Assembly: GCA_963790205.1 (NCBI GenBank)
Contig: CAWBNQ010000005.1
Location: 471,368-535,367 of the forward strand
Length of the DNA: 64,000 nucleotides
DNA from: Nitrospirota bacterium
GTDB taxonomy: Bacteria > Nitrospirota > UBA9217
Direction of reading: 5' to 3'
Positions 30,735 through 40,456 of the stretch are shown here, piece by piece. The translations under genes were made by a program, and so were the position numbers. Positions within the stretch are counted from its first letter, which is position 1; each line of letters opens with the position of its first letter. A model generated the notes under the pieces. The model had not been told where the DNA came from, made no database searches, and worked only from the letters and a program-made list of their open reading frames with translations.

Positions 30735-31304
30735 TTATTGGTGATCAATCATGTCCCTGATGGCTTTTACATTCGCGGGATTTGACCAGTCCGCCGGCCC
30801 GATCACCTTGTAGCGAACGATGCCGCTGCGGTCGAGAAGGTACGTTTCGGGAAATTTGAACGTGCCGTAGGATTTGGCAACCGACCCTCCGGGGTCCAAC
30901 AGCACGGGCAGGGTCAGCCTGTTTCTTTGCAGAAAGGAGGCCACCGCTTCCGCCCCTCCTTCGTCCACGCTCACGGCCAGAAGCTCAAAGTCCTTGCCGG
31001 CTAAACTGCGGTACATACGCTCGAGGGCCGGCAACTCTTCAACGCAGGGCGGACACCACGTGGCCCAGAAATGCACCATCACGACCTTCCCGCGATAATC
31101 CGCCAGCCCCTCCTGTTTCCCGTCCAGGGCAGAAAGGCGGAATTCCGGCGCTCGATCGCCTTCCTGGATGATCTTTTTTGCCCGTGGTCCTTCCTTCGCG
31201 ACGAGAAGCAGGAACAACAACCCCGCAGCGACGACAAGGATCGCCAGGATGATGCCTCTTTTAGCCGCTGTACCGATCGTTCCTGTTCCCGGCCGTTGAT
31301 CCAT
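30735..31304 (-). CDS. TlpA/ResA-family thiol-disulfide oxidoreductase
   Basis: HFWATWCPPC, FPETYLLD, N-terminal TM. Confidence 0.93.
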   Translation of the reverse strand: MDQRPGTGTIGTAAKRGIILAILVVAAGLLFLLLVAKEGPRAKKIIQEGDRAPEFRLSALDGKQEGLADYRGKVVMVHFWATWCPPCVEELPALERMYRSLAGKDFELLAVSVDEGGAEAVASFLQRNRLTLPVLLDPGGSVAKSYGTFKFPETYLLDRSGIVRYKVIGPADWSNPANVKAIRDMIDHQ

Positions 31305-31466
31305 CACCGTAACCCCCTCAGCCCTCTTCAAGTCGAAGCGCGGAGATTCGCTTCGATGCACAACTGGAAAATTATACCTTTTTCCCTGCGGCAGAGCAAG
31401 CCATTTTAACCGCGCGGTCTCTTTTTAGTTTGAAAATGCAAGGCAGTCTGATATAATAACTCCGTT

Positions 31467-33287
31467 ATGATCCACGAGATAAAGCTCAACGGGAAAGCCA
31501 ATGAAAAGCTGGATTACTATGTGACCATCACCGGCGCGGACCTGAGCGGCAGATATTTCTACGAATGCCTTCCCGATGGCGACCGTTTTTTTTCAGGCGG
31601 CAACGAATTCGTGATCCGGCACGACGGCGTGCGCTATATGGGCACCGGCGGAAGCCTCTGCGAATACATGTTCGGCGTGGACCTGCCGCTCAAAGACCTC
31701 CTGCGGAAAGACGTCTCCAACCGCCTGGTCATGTACGGCGCCTTCTACGACAAGACCGACAACATAGCCTTCACGAACAACACCGCGGGCAGGGAGTCCT
31801 TCGACCAGGTGTTCCTCTCGGGCAACGCCGTTTCCAATTATTATTTCTTCGTTCACTCCACGCAAAAATCGGAAATCAGGGACCTGCAGCGGGAAATTCT
31901 GAAGACCATCGGCAAACAGGTCAAACGAAGCGATACCGTCGGGGCCGTCGATGACAGCCGGCTCTGCCGCGAGATCTTCGACGCCATGGGGGACCCCAAA
32001 GCGCTGATTTTTCTCTTCCGGCTGGTGAACAGGCACAACGAGGAATATTTTCAGACCTTCAACAAGCTCTACATCGAACAGAAGGCCATCTCGGCCGAAG
32101 GCAATGCCGTCATGGAGGCCCTGGCGAAAAAATACAATATTATTCCCTACCAGCAAGAACGCATCAAGATAGACGGGATGTATAAATTACCGGAGAACAA
32201 GAAGATCGTCGATGAATACAAAGATATTTTGATCGCCGTCTCGGACAAGGGCGAAGTCAACCCGTCGGAGCTCGCCAAGTTGTCTCGGCTCAGAACCCTC
32301 AGCCTCCGGCTCAACATCCCCCATACGCTCTTCGATACCCTCGATGAACTGCTCCTGAAGGACATGAACATCGTAGAGGTTGAGGAGCCGGATTACATCA
32401 GGGACACCCGCGCGATCTTCGAAGGTCTTTTCTTCAGGGCGGACAAGATCAGGGGGCATGTCTCATCTGAAGACCTCATTAAACTTCTCAAGGCCAAGCA
32501 GAAATCCACCACGCACCGCGATCCGGCCTTCGAGAGTCTGCTCCTCGACACGGTGCGGGCCTGTGATGAGCACGCCCGGGACACGAACGACACGACCGTG
32601 CTTGAGGCCATGAGCCACATCCTCACCTATTTCGACCGCTACGACAGCGCCGCAACCACGATCAACAACCTTGCGTTCATGGAGAACTCCATCCTGAGTG
32701 AAGACCAGATCAGGAGCCTTTCCGGCAACAAAGAGATCTTCGACAAAATACATCAGGACCTGTTTCGCGAGCTCTTTATGGACTACCTCCGGGACAACCG
32801 GTATCTCACGCGCTACGGCCGCAAGAAGGTAGACACCCTTCACCGTGGCCTCCTGCAGATCAAGAGCGGCGATATGACATACCGGGAACTATCCGCCATC
32901 CTCATGACGATCAACGAGGACGACCAGCTCTATACGGCCATCCACCGCTATATCAAGGACCGGTTCAAGAGCATTTACGCGGAACTGAACTCGAAAGAGG
33001 ACCAGGAGATATTCATCCAGGACCTCAACCGTGAGATACAGTCCAAGGGAATCGTCGAGGGGCCGATACCGCACGGCGTTTTCGAAGAGATCATCCTCGA
33101 CATTCGCAAAGAGTCCTTTTACCTCAACAACCTCCTGCCGCACATTATCGTGTCCCGTGACAGCAGGGTACGCGAGGATTTCCTCCTGAACAGCGGTCTC
33201 GACCGGTTTTATGTTGAGGAACTCGAACGGGACTACTTCGACATGAACAGGATCGAGATGAACATCCTCGAGGAGATCAGGAAATAG
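31467..33287 (+). CDS. Conserved hypothetical cytoplasmic protein (resembles the TIGR04442 family, from recall)
   Basis: 606-aa ORF with normal codon usage, first gene of the lptFG-coaE run; family assignment not verified. Confidence 0.7.
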   Translation: MIHEIKLNGKANEKLDYYVTITGADLSGRYFYECLPDGDRFFSGGNEFVIRHDGVRYMGTGGSLCEYMFGVDLPLKDLLRKDVSNRLVMYGAFYDKTDNIAFTNNTAGRESFDQVFLSGNAVSNYYFFVHSTQKSEIRDLQREILKTIGKQVKRSDTVGAVDDSRLCREIFDAMGDPKALIFLFRLVNRHNEEYFQTFNKLYIEQKAISAEGNAVMEALAKKYNIIPYQQERIKIDGMYKLPENKKIVDEYKDILIAVSDKGEVNPSELAKLSRLRTLSLRLNIPHTLFDTLDELLLKDMNIVEVEEPDYIRDTRAIFEGLFFRADKIRGHVSSEDLIKLLKAKQKSTTHRDPAFESLLLDTVRACDEHARDTNDTTVLEAMSHILTYFDRYDSAATTINNLAFMENSILSEDQIRSLSGNKEIFDKIHQDLFRELFMDYLRDNRYLTRYGRKKVDTLHRGLLQIKSGDMTYRELSAILMTINEDDQLYTAIHRYIKDRFKSIYAELNSKEDQEIFIQDLNREIQSKGIVEGPIPHGVFEEIILDIRKESFYLNNLLPHIIVSRDSRVREDFLLNSGLDRFYVEELERDYFDMNRIEMNILEEIRK

Positions 33288-33289
33288 CC

Positions 33290-34462
33290 ATGTTCAGGAT
33301 GCGCATATTGGACCGGTATATTTTCCGTGAAATACTCACGCCGTTTTTTCTCAGCCTCGCCGCGCTTACCCTGGTGTTGTTTCTCCAGAGAATGTTCAGG
33401 CTTGCCGAGCTCGTTGTCTCCAAAGGGGCCACCGTGTCGTCAACAGCCAGGCTGTTCGCGTACATCATGCCGAGCTTTCTGGTCCTTACCGTTCCCATGT
33501 CGTTTCTCGTGGGAACGCTGACGGCTTTTACCCAGCTCTGTTCGGACTCGGAAGTGACCGCCATGAAGGCTTCCCGCATCAGCCTCTATAATATGATCCG
33601 TCCGGTCATGCTCTTCGCTGTTCTCGCGTTCACGTTCACGGCGCTGACCTCACTGATTGTCGCTCCCGCGGCCAATCATGCGCTCAAGGTACAACTGTTC
33701 AATATGGTCAAATCGCGCGCGATGGTCGGCATTGAGCCCGGCGTGTTCAGCAACACCTTTGACGGCATGGTAATCTACGTGGACAAGATGGAGTCGCTCG
33801 ACGATATGAAGGGCATTTTCATTTCCGACGAACGGTCCGCCAAAGAGCCCTATGCCATTGTCGCGCAACGCGGCAGGCTCATCGCCGATCCCGAGTCGCT
33901 CAACGTTACCCTTGCGATGAGTCAGGGTGCGATCCACACTTTTCCCCGGGATGAGCAGTCGTATTCGACCATGGACTTTGATTCCGGCAACCTCTACCTG
34001 GACATCAGCCATGCCTTGGTTCAAAGAGGGTCTTCAGATACCGACTTCGACGAGATCGGCAGCCTCGAGTTGTTCCATGAATTGAAACGCGCGAGGGCCG
34101 AGGGGAAACCCACCATCGACATCGAGAGCGAACTCCATAAACGCCTGTCGATCCCCTTCGTCTGCCTGATCTTCGGGCTGATCGGCGCACCACTCGGCAT
34201 TCGACGGAGCCGCTCGGGCAAGTCCGCGGGGATCAGTGTGGCGCTGCTGGTCTTCCTGGTCTATTATATGGTCCTTGCGGCGGGGACAAATCTTTCCGAC
34301 ACGGGAAAACTTTCACCCGCCATTGCCTACTGGCTGCCGAATGTCCTGATGACGGCTGCAGCGGGAATGCTCGTCTACATGAAGGGACACGAGAAGGATT
34401 TTAATGTTTTCCGCCCCCTGGTAGAATGGTATCACCGTCTCAGGACAAGGAACCGGGTGTAA
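33290..34462 (+). CDS. lptF: LPS export ABC transporter permease LptF
   Basis: ILDRYIFRE, SDSEVTAMKAS, ELHKRLSIP; paired with lptG. Confidence 0.9.
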   Translation: MFRMRILDRYIFREILTPFFLSLAALTLVLFLQRMFRLAELVVSKGATVSSTARLFAYIMPSFLVLTVPMSFLVGTLTAFTQLCSDSEVTAMKASRISLYNMIRPVMLFAVLAFTFTALTSLIVAPAANHALKVQLFNMVKSRAMVGIEPGVFSNTFDGMVIYVDKMESLDDMKGIFISDERSAKEPYAIVAQRGRLIADPESLNVTLAMSQGAIHTFPRDEQSYSTMDFDSGNLYLDISHALVQRGSSDTDFDEIGSLELFHELKRARAEGKPTIDIESELHKRLSIPFVCLIFGLIGAPLGIRRSRSGKSAGISVALLVFLVYYMVLAAGTNLSDTGKLSPAIAYWLPNVLMTAAAGMLVYMKGHEKDFNVFRPLVEWYHRLRTRNRV

Positions 34463-34475
34463 TCAAAAAACAGCC

Positions 34476-35561
34476 ATGAGGATACTCAGCAAACACATAT
34501 TCGGCGAATTTATTCGCATCTTTCTCGCCGTTCTGATCGGCATCCTTGTCGTTTACCTATGCATGGACTTTCTCCAGAAGGCGGACCGGTTCATCAAGTA
34601 CAAGGCGAACATCGCCCAAATCGCCGTCTATTTTCTGTACAGCCTGCCCGGCATGGCCGCCTCTTCCCTGCCGATCGCCGCGCTCATGGCCTCGCTCCTG
34701 TCGCTCGGGAACCTGTCCCGCTATAGCGAGATCATCGCCATGCGTGCAAGCGGCGTCAGCTTGGCCGCAATCATTGCTCCAGTCCTCACCGCCGGTCTTT
34801 TAATATCTGCTATAGGTTTTTTCAACAATGAATACATCATGCCGGTCTATACGGCGCGCGCCAACTTCATCAAGAACGTCGAGATCGAAAAGAAACAGCA
34901 GCATGCCGTATTCCAGCAGCGAAAGCTGTGGTTACGGGGACCGGATAACAGCATTGCCAATATCGACCTGATTTCGCCCGATCGCAATGAAATGATCGGC
35001 GTCAGCGTCTTTAAATTGACCCCTGACTTCACGGTGCGGGAGCGAATCAAGGCGGACAGTCTCCTGTGGGAAAACGGTGCGTGGAGATTCAAACATGGCC
35101 GGAAATTCGTATTCAACGGCGACACGGTGCAGGTCAGTTCGGCGGATGGAGAGATATTCAATATCGTCGACAGCCCCGATGATCTCGGCATGATTGCAAA
35201 AAGCTCGGAAGAGATGAATTTTATGGAACTGTGGGATTACGTGAAAAGACTGAAAATGAGCGGATATGAAGCGGCGCGTTACGAAGTGGACCTCTACAGC
35301 AAGTTGTCGTTCCCGCTTTCGAGCCTTCTCATGGTCCTGATCGCTACGCCGCTTTCGCTCCAGAAGGTCCGGAGCGGCGGGACCGGCAAGGGGATCGCGC
35401 TCGCCGTGCTCATTGCGTTCATCTACTGGGGGCTGGTGAGCGTCGGTACCGCGCTCGGCCGCTCGGGCGCGCTGCCTCCCTTGGGCGCAGCGTGGATCGC
35501 GAACGTCCTTTTCGCCTCAGCTTCGCTCTTTATCCTGTTCAGAATGCAGAAAACAAACTGA
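34476..35561 (+). CDS. lptG: LPS export ABC transporter permease LptG
   Basis: SEIIAMRASGVS, KLSFPLS, LPPLGAAWIAN. Confidence 0.9.
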   Translation: MRILSKHIFGEFIRIFLAVLIGILVVYLCMDFLQKADRFIKYKANIAQIAVYFLYSLPGMAASSLPIAALMASLLSLGNLSRYSEIIAMRASGVSLAAIIAPVLTAGLLISAIGFFNNEYIMPVYTARANFIKNVEIEKKQQHAVFQQRKLWLRGPDNSIANIDLISPDRNEMIGVSVFKLTPDFTVRERIKADSLLWENGAWRFKHGRKFVFNGDTVQVSSADGEIFNIVDSPDDLGMIAKSSEEMNFMELWDYVKRLKMSGYEAARYEVDLYSKLSFPLSSLLMVLIATPLSLQKVRSGGTGKGIALAVLIAFIYWGLVSVGTALGRSGALPPLGAAWIANVLFASASLFILFRMQKTN

Positions 35562-35584
35562 TATGAGCGACCCTTCTCGTTGAA

Positions 35585-35944
35585 ATGAATAAGATATTTT
35601 TTTCACAACGCATTCTCGACAGCCTGACCGATGAAGGCAAAATCAAGCTCGACAGGAACAGTATCACGCTGCTCACTCCTGACAGACCCTCCTTCGAACT
35701 GGAGCCTGCATACCGGTTCGTCAGGACATCGGACGGGGGCCCGGACCCGCATGGCCTTGTGGGCCGGATAAAATATGAGAAGGAGGTGAAGGCGTTGAAC
35801 GCCGAGGTCTATCTGAACTCCGTCATTTACGGGGAAACCGCCTACGAGATAGAGACTGGCTTCATCGGAGAGAAAAAGGAGCTCCTTGACCGGCTCTCGG
35901 ATACCGAGCTTCTCGCCCGGTTCCTCCTTGACACGCTGCTCTAG
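35585..35944 (+). CDS. Hypothetical protein
   Basis: 119-aa ORF tightly packed in the operon. Confidence 0.75.
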   Translation: MNKIFFSQRILDSLTDEGKIKLDRNSITLLTPDRPSFELEPAYRFVRTSDGGPDPHGLVGRIKYEKEVKALNAEVYLNSVIYGETAYEIETGFIGEKKELLDRLSDTELLARFLLDTLL

Positions 35945-35947
35945 CAC

Positions 35948-36628
35948 ATGCTGAAAAAAATAATTAAAATTCTGCTCGGCGTGGCGCTGCTTCCCTTCTG
36001 CGCGGGCTTTACCTGGCAGTTCGGCGCATCCGTTTTCAGCGTGGCCTACAAACCGGACCTGCCTTATTATTTCCTTGCCGGCGGCCTGACCTATCTAAGC
36101 GTGCACCTCCTCTTCAAAAAGCCGATTCTCACCTACGTTTTCGGCCATGAGCTTACCCACGCATTCTTTGCCGTGCTTTTCGGCGGCTCGGTAAAGTCCT
36201 TTCAGGCCAGCGAACGGGGAGGGCGGGTGACCTTGACGAAGTCCAACTTCATCATCACCCTGGCACCCTACTTTTTTCCGCTGTACACGTTCGTAGCGCT
36301 CATCTTCTACGGGCTCGCGTCCGCGGCGGATGTCCGGTGGGCCGCCGGATGGAGCATCTTTTTTGCGGGCGCCACTTTTTCATTTCACCTCATCCTGACG
36401 TTCTTTTTTTTGCAGACCGATCAGAGCGACATCAAGGAGCACGGAGCCGTCTTTTCCTATCCGCTCATTTATCTTTTCAATATCATGTTTGCGGCCTTCC
36501 TCGTCCATGCGCTCCTCTCGAAAAACACGGGCTTCCTCGGCTTCCTCAGAGGTGGTATAATGAAAAGTGTTCTGATGACATCGCGGATTATCGGCAAGCT
36601 CTACGAAACCGCGCGGAGCATGATGTGA
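35948..36628 (+). CDS. Membrane protein with HExxH motif (M50-like metalloprotease)
   Basis: GHELTHA in a TM segment, LAPYF, QSD. Confidence 0.75.
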   Translation: MLKKIIKILLGVALLPFCAGFTWQFGASVFSVAYKPDLPYYFLAGGLTYLSVHLLFKKPILTYVFGHELTHAFFAVLFGGSVKSFQASERGGRVTLTKSNFIITLAPYFFPLYTFVALIFYGLASAADVRWAAGWSIFFAGATFSFHLILTFFFLQTDQSDIKEHGAVFSYPLIYLFNIMFAAFLVHALLSKNTGFLGFLRGGIMKSVLMTSRIIGKLYETARSMM

Positions 36629-36768
36629 GACGGCAAAATCAAGATTCACCACAGAGAGCACAGAGGTAAAGCTTTTAAAAACTAAATTTTTTCTCTGAGT
36701 CCTCTGTGGTAGCTTTGGCTTTTCTTTTCTTTACTTAACCAGATAGGAACGCAATAGGCGGCCATTGT

Positions 36769-37383
36769 ATGATCATTGTCGGACTTACCGGCGGCATTGC
36801 CAGCGGGAAAAGCCTCGTAGCGAAGGTCCTCAAGGACCTTGGCGCGCACCTTATCGACGCTGACAAGATCGTTCATGAGCTTTTGGAACCGGGTCAGCAG
36901 GCATGGGGAGAGGTGCTTGCGTACTTCGGCACCGGGATCGAGCTCCCCGGCGGGACCATTGACCGCAGAAAGCTGGGAGATATTGTGTTCGGCGATCCCG
37001 GGAAAAGGGCATGGCTCAATCGCTGTCTTCATCCGAAAGTGTTCGAGGTCTTCACGACACAGATCAGGCACCTGAGCTCCAGGCAGCCGGATGTCATCGT
37101 GGTGTTTGACGCGGCTCTGCTCATAGAAACAGGCTACCATAAAAAGATGGACAAGGTCATTGTGGTCTACGCAGATGAAGAGCAGCAGTTAAAACGCCTC
37201 ATGGAACGGGACCGCTTCACCCATGACCAGGCCATGGCCCGGATCCGGAGCCAGATGCCGCTTGGCGAAAAGAGGCCGCACGCGGACTACGTGATAGAAA
37301 ACACGGGAAACCGGGAAGAGACCGAGCGCCAGACCCGCGAGATCTTCGAGCTCCTGAAAAGAAATACGAAAGAACAGAGGTGA
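36769..37383 (+). CDS. coaE: Dephospho-CoA kinase
   Basis: VGLTGGIASGKS, IDADKI, ARIRSQMP. Confidence 0.96.
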   Translation: MIIVGLTGGIASGKSLVAKVLKDLGAHLIDADKIVHELLEPGQQAWGEVLAYFGTGIELPGGTIDRRKLGDIVFGDPGKRAWLNRCLHPKVFEVFTTQIRHLSSRQPDVIVVFDAALLIETGYHKKMDKVIVVYADEEQQLKRLMERDRFTHDQAMARIRSQMPLGEKRPHADYVIENTGNREETERQTREIFELLKRNTKEQR

Positions 37384-37877
37384 AACCCGCCTTCAGAATC
37401 ATACCGATGACCTCCGCCCACCGTGGGGCATGCAACGAAATCGTCAGCCTGTCCGAGCCCTGGGTAACGCTCGGCGAAGGGGTCGATTTCAAGACTTACA
37501 TCACCCTGAAACAGGCCTATGTCTGCACCGTACTGAATGTCGGAAAAACAGAGGTCTCCGGGTTCGTAATCTTCACCGCAGACCCGGTGTTCGCCCGCGG
37601 CGGGTATCTCCGTGCCATAGGCGTCGCACCGGCCATGCGCAGGCACGGCATCGGCAGGAAACTCCTCGCCTTTACGGAAAGCAGGATCGCGCGCCGCTGC
37701 GATAATATATTTCTCTGCGTTTCGTCATTTAACCGCTCCGCGCAGTCCTTTTACAGAAAACTCGGTTACCGGAGGGTGGGCAAGCTGCCCGGCTTGCTCG
37801 TGCCGGGAAAAGCAGAATATATTTTTTGGAAGCGTTTGCGGCCCGCCGGCCGAAAACAGGGAAAGGCAAAACCGTGA
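37380..37877 (+). CDS. GNAT-family N-acetyltransferase
   Basis: VAPAMRRHGIGRKL and NRSAQSFYRKLGY. Confidence 0.9.
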   Translation: MKPAFRIIPMTSAHRGACNEIVSLSEPWVTLGEGVDFKTYITLKQAYVCTVLNVGKTEVSGFVIFTADPVFARGGYLRAIGVAPAMRRHGIGRKLLAFTESRIARRCDNIFLCVSSFNRSAQSFYRKLGYRRVGKLPGLLVPGKAEYIFWKRLRPAGRKQGKAKP

Positions 37878-38552
37878 CCATAAAGGACCTAAAAAAAATC
37901 GACCTCTTTAAAAATCTTTCCGACGATGAACTTAAGGAACTCGAGCCATACCTCGTAACGTCGTCGTACCGAAAAAAAGAGGACATCTTCTCCGAAGGAG
38001 ACCCGCCCGAGTGGTTCTTTATCGTTTCAAAGGGCAAGGTGAAGATCACCAAGCTTTCCCATGAAGGCAAGGAGATCATCCTCGAGATCATCTCCCCCAC
38101 CGATATTTTCGGCGGCGTTGCCGTGATCCGGGGGTTCCCCTACCCCGCGAATGCGGTCGCCATGGAGGACACCGAGGTGCTGAAGATCTCGCGCAAGAAC
38201 CTGATGCGCCTGGTGGACCGCTTTCCAAACCTCATGTACTGCATCGCCCTCCAGCTCGGGGACCGGATGAAGAGCTCCTACGACTCGCTCAAGAACATCG
38301 CCCTGGAGCGCGTGGAAGCCAGGATCGCGGCCCTGCTGCTCAAGCTGTCGAAAAAGGTCGGCGTGGACACCGGCAAAGGGACCCTGATCGACATGCGGCT
38401 CACCAAGCAGGACGTGGCCGACATGGTCGGCACGACGGTCGAGACCTCGATCAGGACCTTCAGCAAATTCAAAAAAGAGGGGCTCGTGGCCGTTGCTGGA
38501 CGGCAAGTTCGTCATCAAGGACCGGGAAGGACTGGCGGAGCTTTCGTCGTGA
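37874..38552 (+). CDS. Crp/Fnr-family transcriptional regulator (HcpR/Dnr-like), apparent +1 frameshift at ~38494
   Basis: cNMP-fold (IFSEGD...FGG...YPANAVA), HTH LTKQDVADMVGTTVETSIR; the natural wing LDGKFVIKDREGLAELSS* is in the next frame. Confidence 0.9.
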
Positions 38553-38666
38553 TCAGAAAATAGTAGACTGTAGGCAGTAAACAGTAGACAGGATGGACAG
38601 CTATTAAGGCATGCCCTCCCCGTCTACCGTCTACAGTATGCTGTTTACTGTTGTACCAGCACCGCT

Positions 38667-39080
38667 TCAATGCGCTTGTTCCACCTTGCTGAGCAGCGTC
38701 ATCAGCATGTTATAGAAGAAGAGAAATATGGCCAGTGCCTGTACAATGCCGAAGGCCAAGGTCAGCATCCGGTACAGGCTGTCCGGGTAAAAGACATTCA
38801 CGCAGAAGAACGCCAACATGCCCACGAGCGATATGTTCGCCAGCCAGAACTGTGTCTCCCCGATCTTGTTGCTGTACAAGGGCCTGCCCATAAACCGCGG
38901 CAGGATATGGTAGCCCACGCCGTAGATCATCATCGAGACCCAGCCGAGCATGTTGAGATGTGAGTGCACGAATTTGATCGCCATCATGTTCGGATTGCCG
39001 AGCATAACGAGCCCTAAGACCGTCGAGATGCCGAGGTACACGATGCTCATCACGATAAAACCCTTCACGAACTTGTCCAT
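38667..39080 (-). CDS. Small 4-TM protein resembling the His-containing part of heme-copper oxidase subunit I / NnrS-like proteins
   Basis: VHSHLNMLGWVSMMIYGVGYHILPRF motif. Confidence 0.75.
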   Translation of the reverse strand: MDKFVKGFIVMSIVYLGISTVLGLVMLGNPNMMAIKFVHSHLNMLGWVSMMIYGVGYHILPRFMGRPLYSNKIGETQFWLANISLVGMLAFFCVNVFYPDSLYRMLTLAFGIVQALAIFLFFYNMLMTLLSKVEQAH

Positions 39081-39114
39081 GGAAAATTCCCTCCTGTAGT
39101 TGTAAGATAGGTAT

Positions 39115-39157
39115 AGTATAGAACAAACAGCCGCCGAACGCTATGACCTGCCTCATA
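39115..39157 (-). promoter_or_regulatory. Class II Crp/Fnr-dependent promoter
   Basis: TATGAcctgccTCATA (39142-39157) centred at about -41.5 relative to minus-strand -10 TATACT (39120-39115). Confidence 0.75.
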
Positions 39158-39176
39158 CGGGATCAAAAAGAGTGAG

Positions 39177-39219
39177 TATGATACACGTCATAACCGCGAT
39201 GCGGCTTATCTGCTATAGT
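39177..39219 (+). promoter_or_regulatory. Class II Crp/Fnr-dependent promoter
   Basis: TATGAtacacgTCATA (39177-39192) centred at about -41.5 relative to extended -10 TGcTATAGT (39214-39219). Confidence 0.78.
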
Positions 39220-39248
39220 AGAATCAATAAAATATCAAGGAGGCCACA

Positions 39249-39461
39249 ATGATAGCGGAAAAAAAGAAAATAACGAAAGACTCGATCATCGGAGACGTGA
39301 TAAAGATGAGCCCGAAAGCAAAAGAGGTCATCCAGAAGTACTTCGGGAACGGGTGCTTCACCTGCCCCGGGATCAATATGGAGTCCATCTCCTTCGGCTC
39401 AATGATGCACAATCTCGACCCGAACAAGATCGTCGACGAGATCAACGCGCTGGAGGGCTAA
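39249..39461 (+). CDS. DUF1858-domain protein
   Basis: ITKDSIIGDVI...GCFTCPGINMESI...MHNLDPNKIVDEIN; GGAGG RBS. Confidence 0.85.
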   Translation: MIAEKKKITKDSIIGDVIKMSPKAKEVIQKYFGNGCFTCPGINMESISFGSMMHNLDPNKIVDEINALEG

Positions 39462-39462
39462 C

Positions 39463-39600
39463 ATGGCCACGAAAGAGCTTAAATGTTTTGTTTGCGGGGC
39501 AAATGACAAGGACAGGGTTTACCTGCCCTGCTTTCACGAAGGAAAAGAAAAGGTCGTCTGCACCCGCTGCCTCCCCATGCTCATCCACGGGGCGCATTGA
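39463..39600 (+). CDS. 45-aa Cys-rich putative metal-binding microprotein (not in ORF track)
   Basis: MATKELKCFVCGANDKDRVYLPCFHEGKEKVVCTRCLPMLIHGAH*; GGAGG RBS inside the end of the DUF1858 gene; CxxC...CxxC. Confidence 0.8.
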   Translation: MATKELKCFVCGANDKDRVYLPCFHEGKEKVVCTRCLPMLIHGAH

Positions 39601-39763
39601 TAAACCTCGACGGACGACGGACGATTGTTCGCTTCGCTCACTCGGACGATGGACGTGAACAGCCAAGCGCTTTCGTCCGTCGTCTCTCGTCCTTCGTCTC
39701 TCTTCCCTTGCAGCCAGTATAAAAAGTGTAGAATTTCAGGGCCGATATTGGTAAACTACCGTC

Positions 39764-40456
39764 ATGAACAGAGAACTGGCAATTGTACTTCTCAGCGGCG
39801 GGATGGACAGCTGCGTCACTGCCGCCATCGCGAATACAGAGTATCGGCTCGCGTTTCTCCATGTGAACTACGGCCAGAGGACCGAAGCGCGCGAACTTCA
39901 AGCGTTCAACGAGGTTGCGGACCATTACAAAGTTAAGAACCGCCTCGTGGTGAGCATAGAACACTTGAAAGTCATCGGCGGCTCCGCCCTGACGGACACA
40001 AACATCCCCGTCCCTGAAGCTGACGCCCCTCAATCGGCAATCCAAAATCTACAATCCGCAATTCCATCGACTTACGTTCCCTTCCGAAACGCCCACCTGC
40101 TCTCGATCGCAACTTCCTGGGCAGAGGTGATCGGAGCCAGGAAGATATTCATCGGCGCCGTTGAAGAGGACAGCTCAGGCTACCCCGATTGCCGCGAGAC
40201 CTTTTATCAGGCCTTCAACAAAGTCATCGAAATGGGAACAAAACCGGAGACACGGGTCGAGATCGTCACGCCGCTCATTCACATGAAAAAAGGAGAGATC
40301 GTGAAACGGGGCGTCGAGCTCGGCGCGCCGCTCCGCATCACCTGGAGCTGCTATCAGAACAGCGAAAAGGCCTGCGGCAGGTGCGAGAGCTGCGCATTGC
40401 GATTGAAGGGGTTCAAAGAGGCCGGTGTGAAGGACCCGATACCGTATGAGGGATAA
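39764..40456 (+). CDS. queC: 7-cyano-7-deazaguanine synthase
   Basis: [32 protein letters not shown]. Confidence 0.96.
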   Translation: MNRELAIVLLSGGMDSCVTAAIANTEYRLAFLHVNYGQRTEARELQAFNEVADHYKVKNRLVVSIEHLKVIGGSALTDTNIPVPEADAPQSAIQNLQSAIPSTYVPFRNAHLLSIATSWAEVIGARKIFIGAVEEDSSGYPDCRETFYQAFNKVIEMGTKPETRVEIVTPLIHMKKGEIVKRGVELGAPLRITWSCYQNSEKACGRCESCALRLKGFKEAGVKDPIPYEG

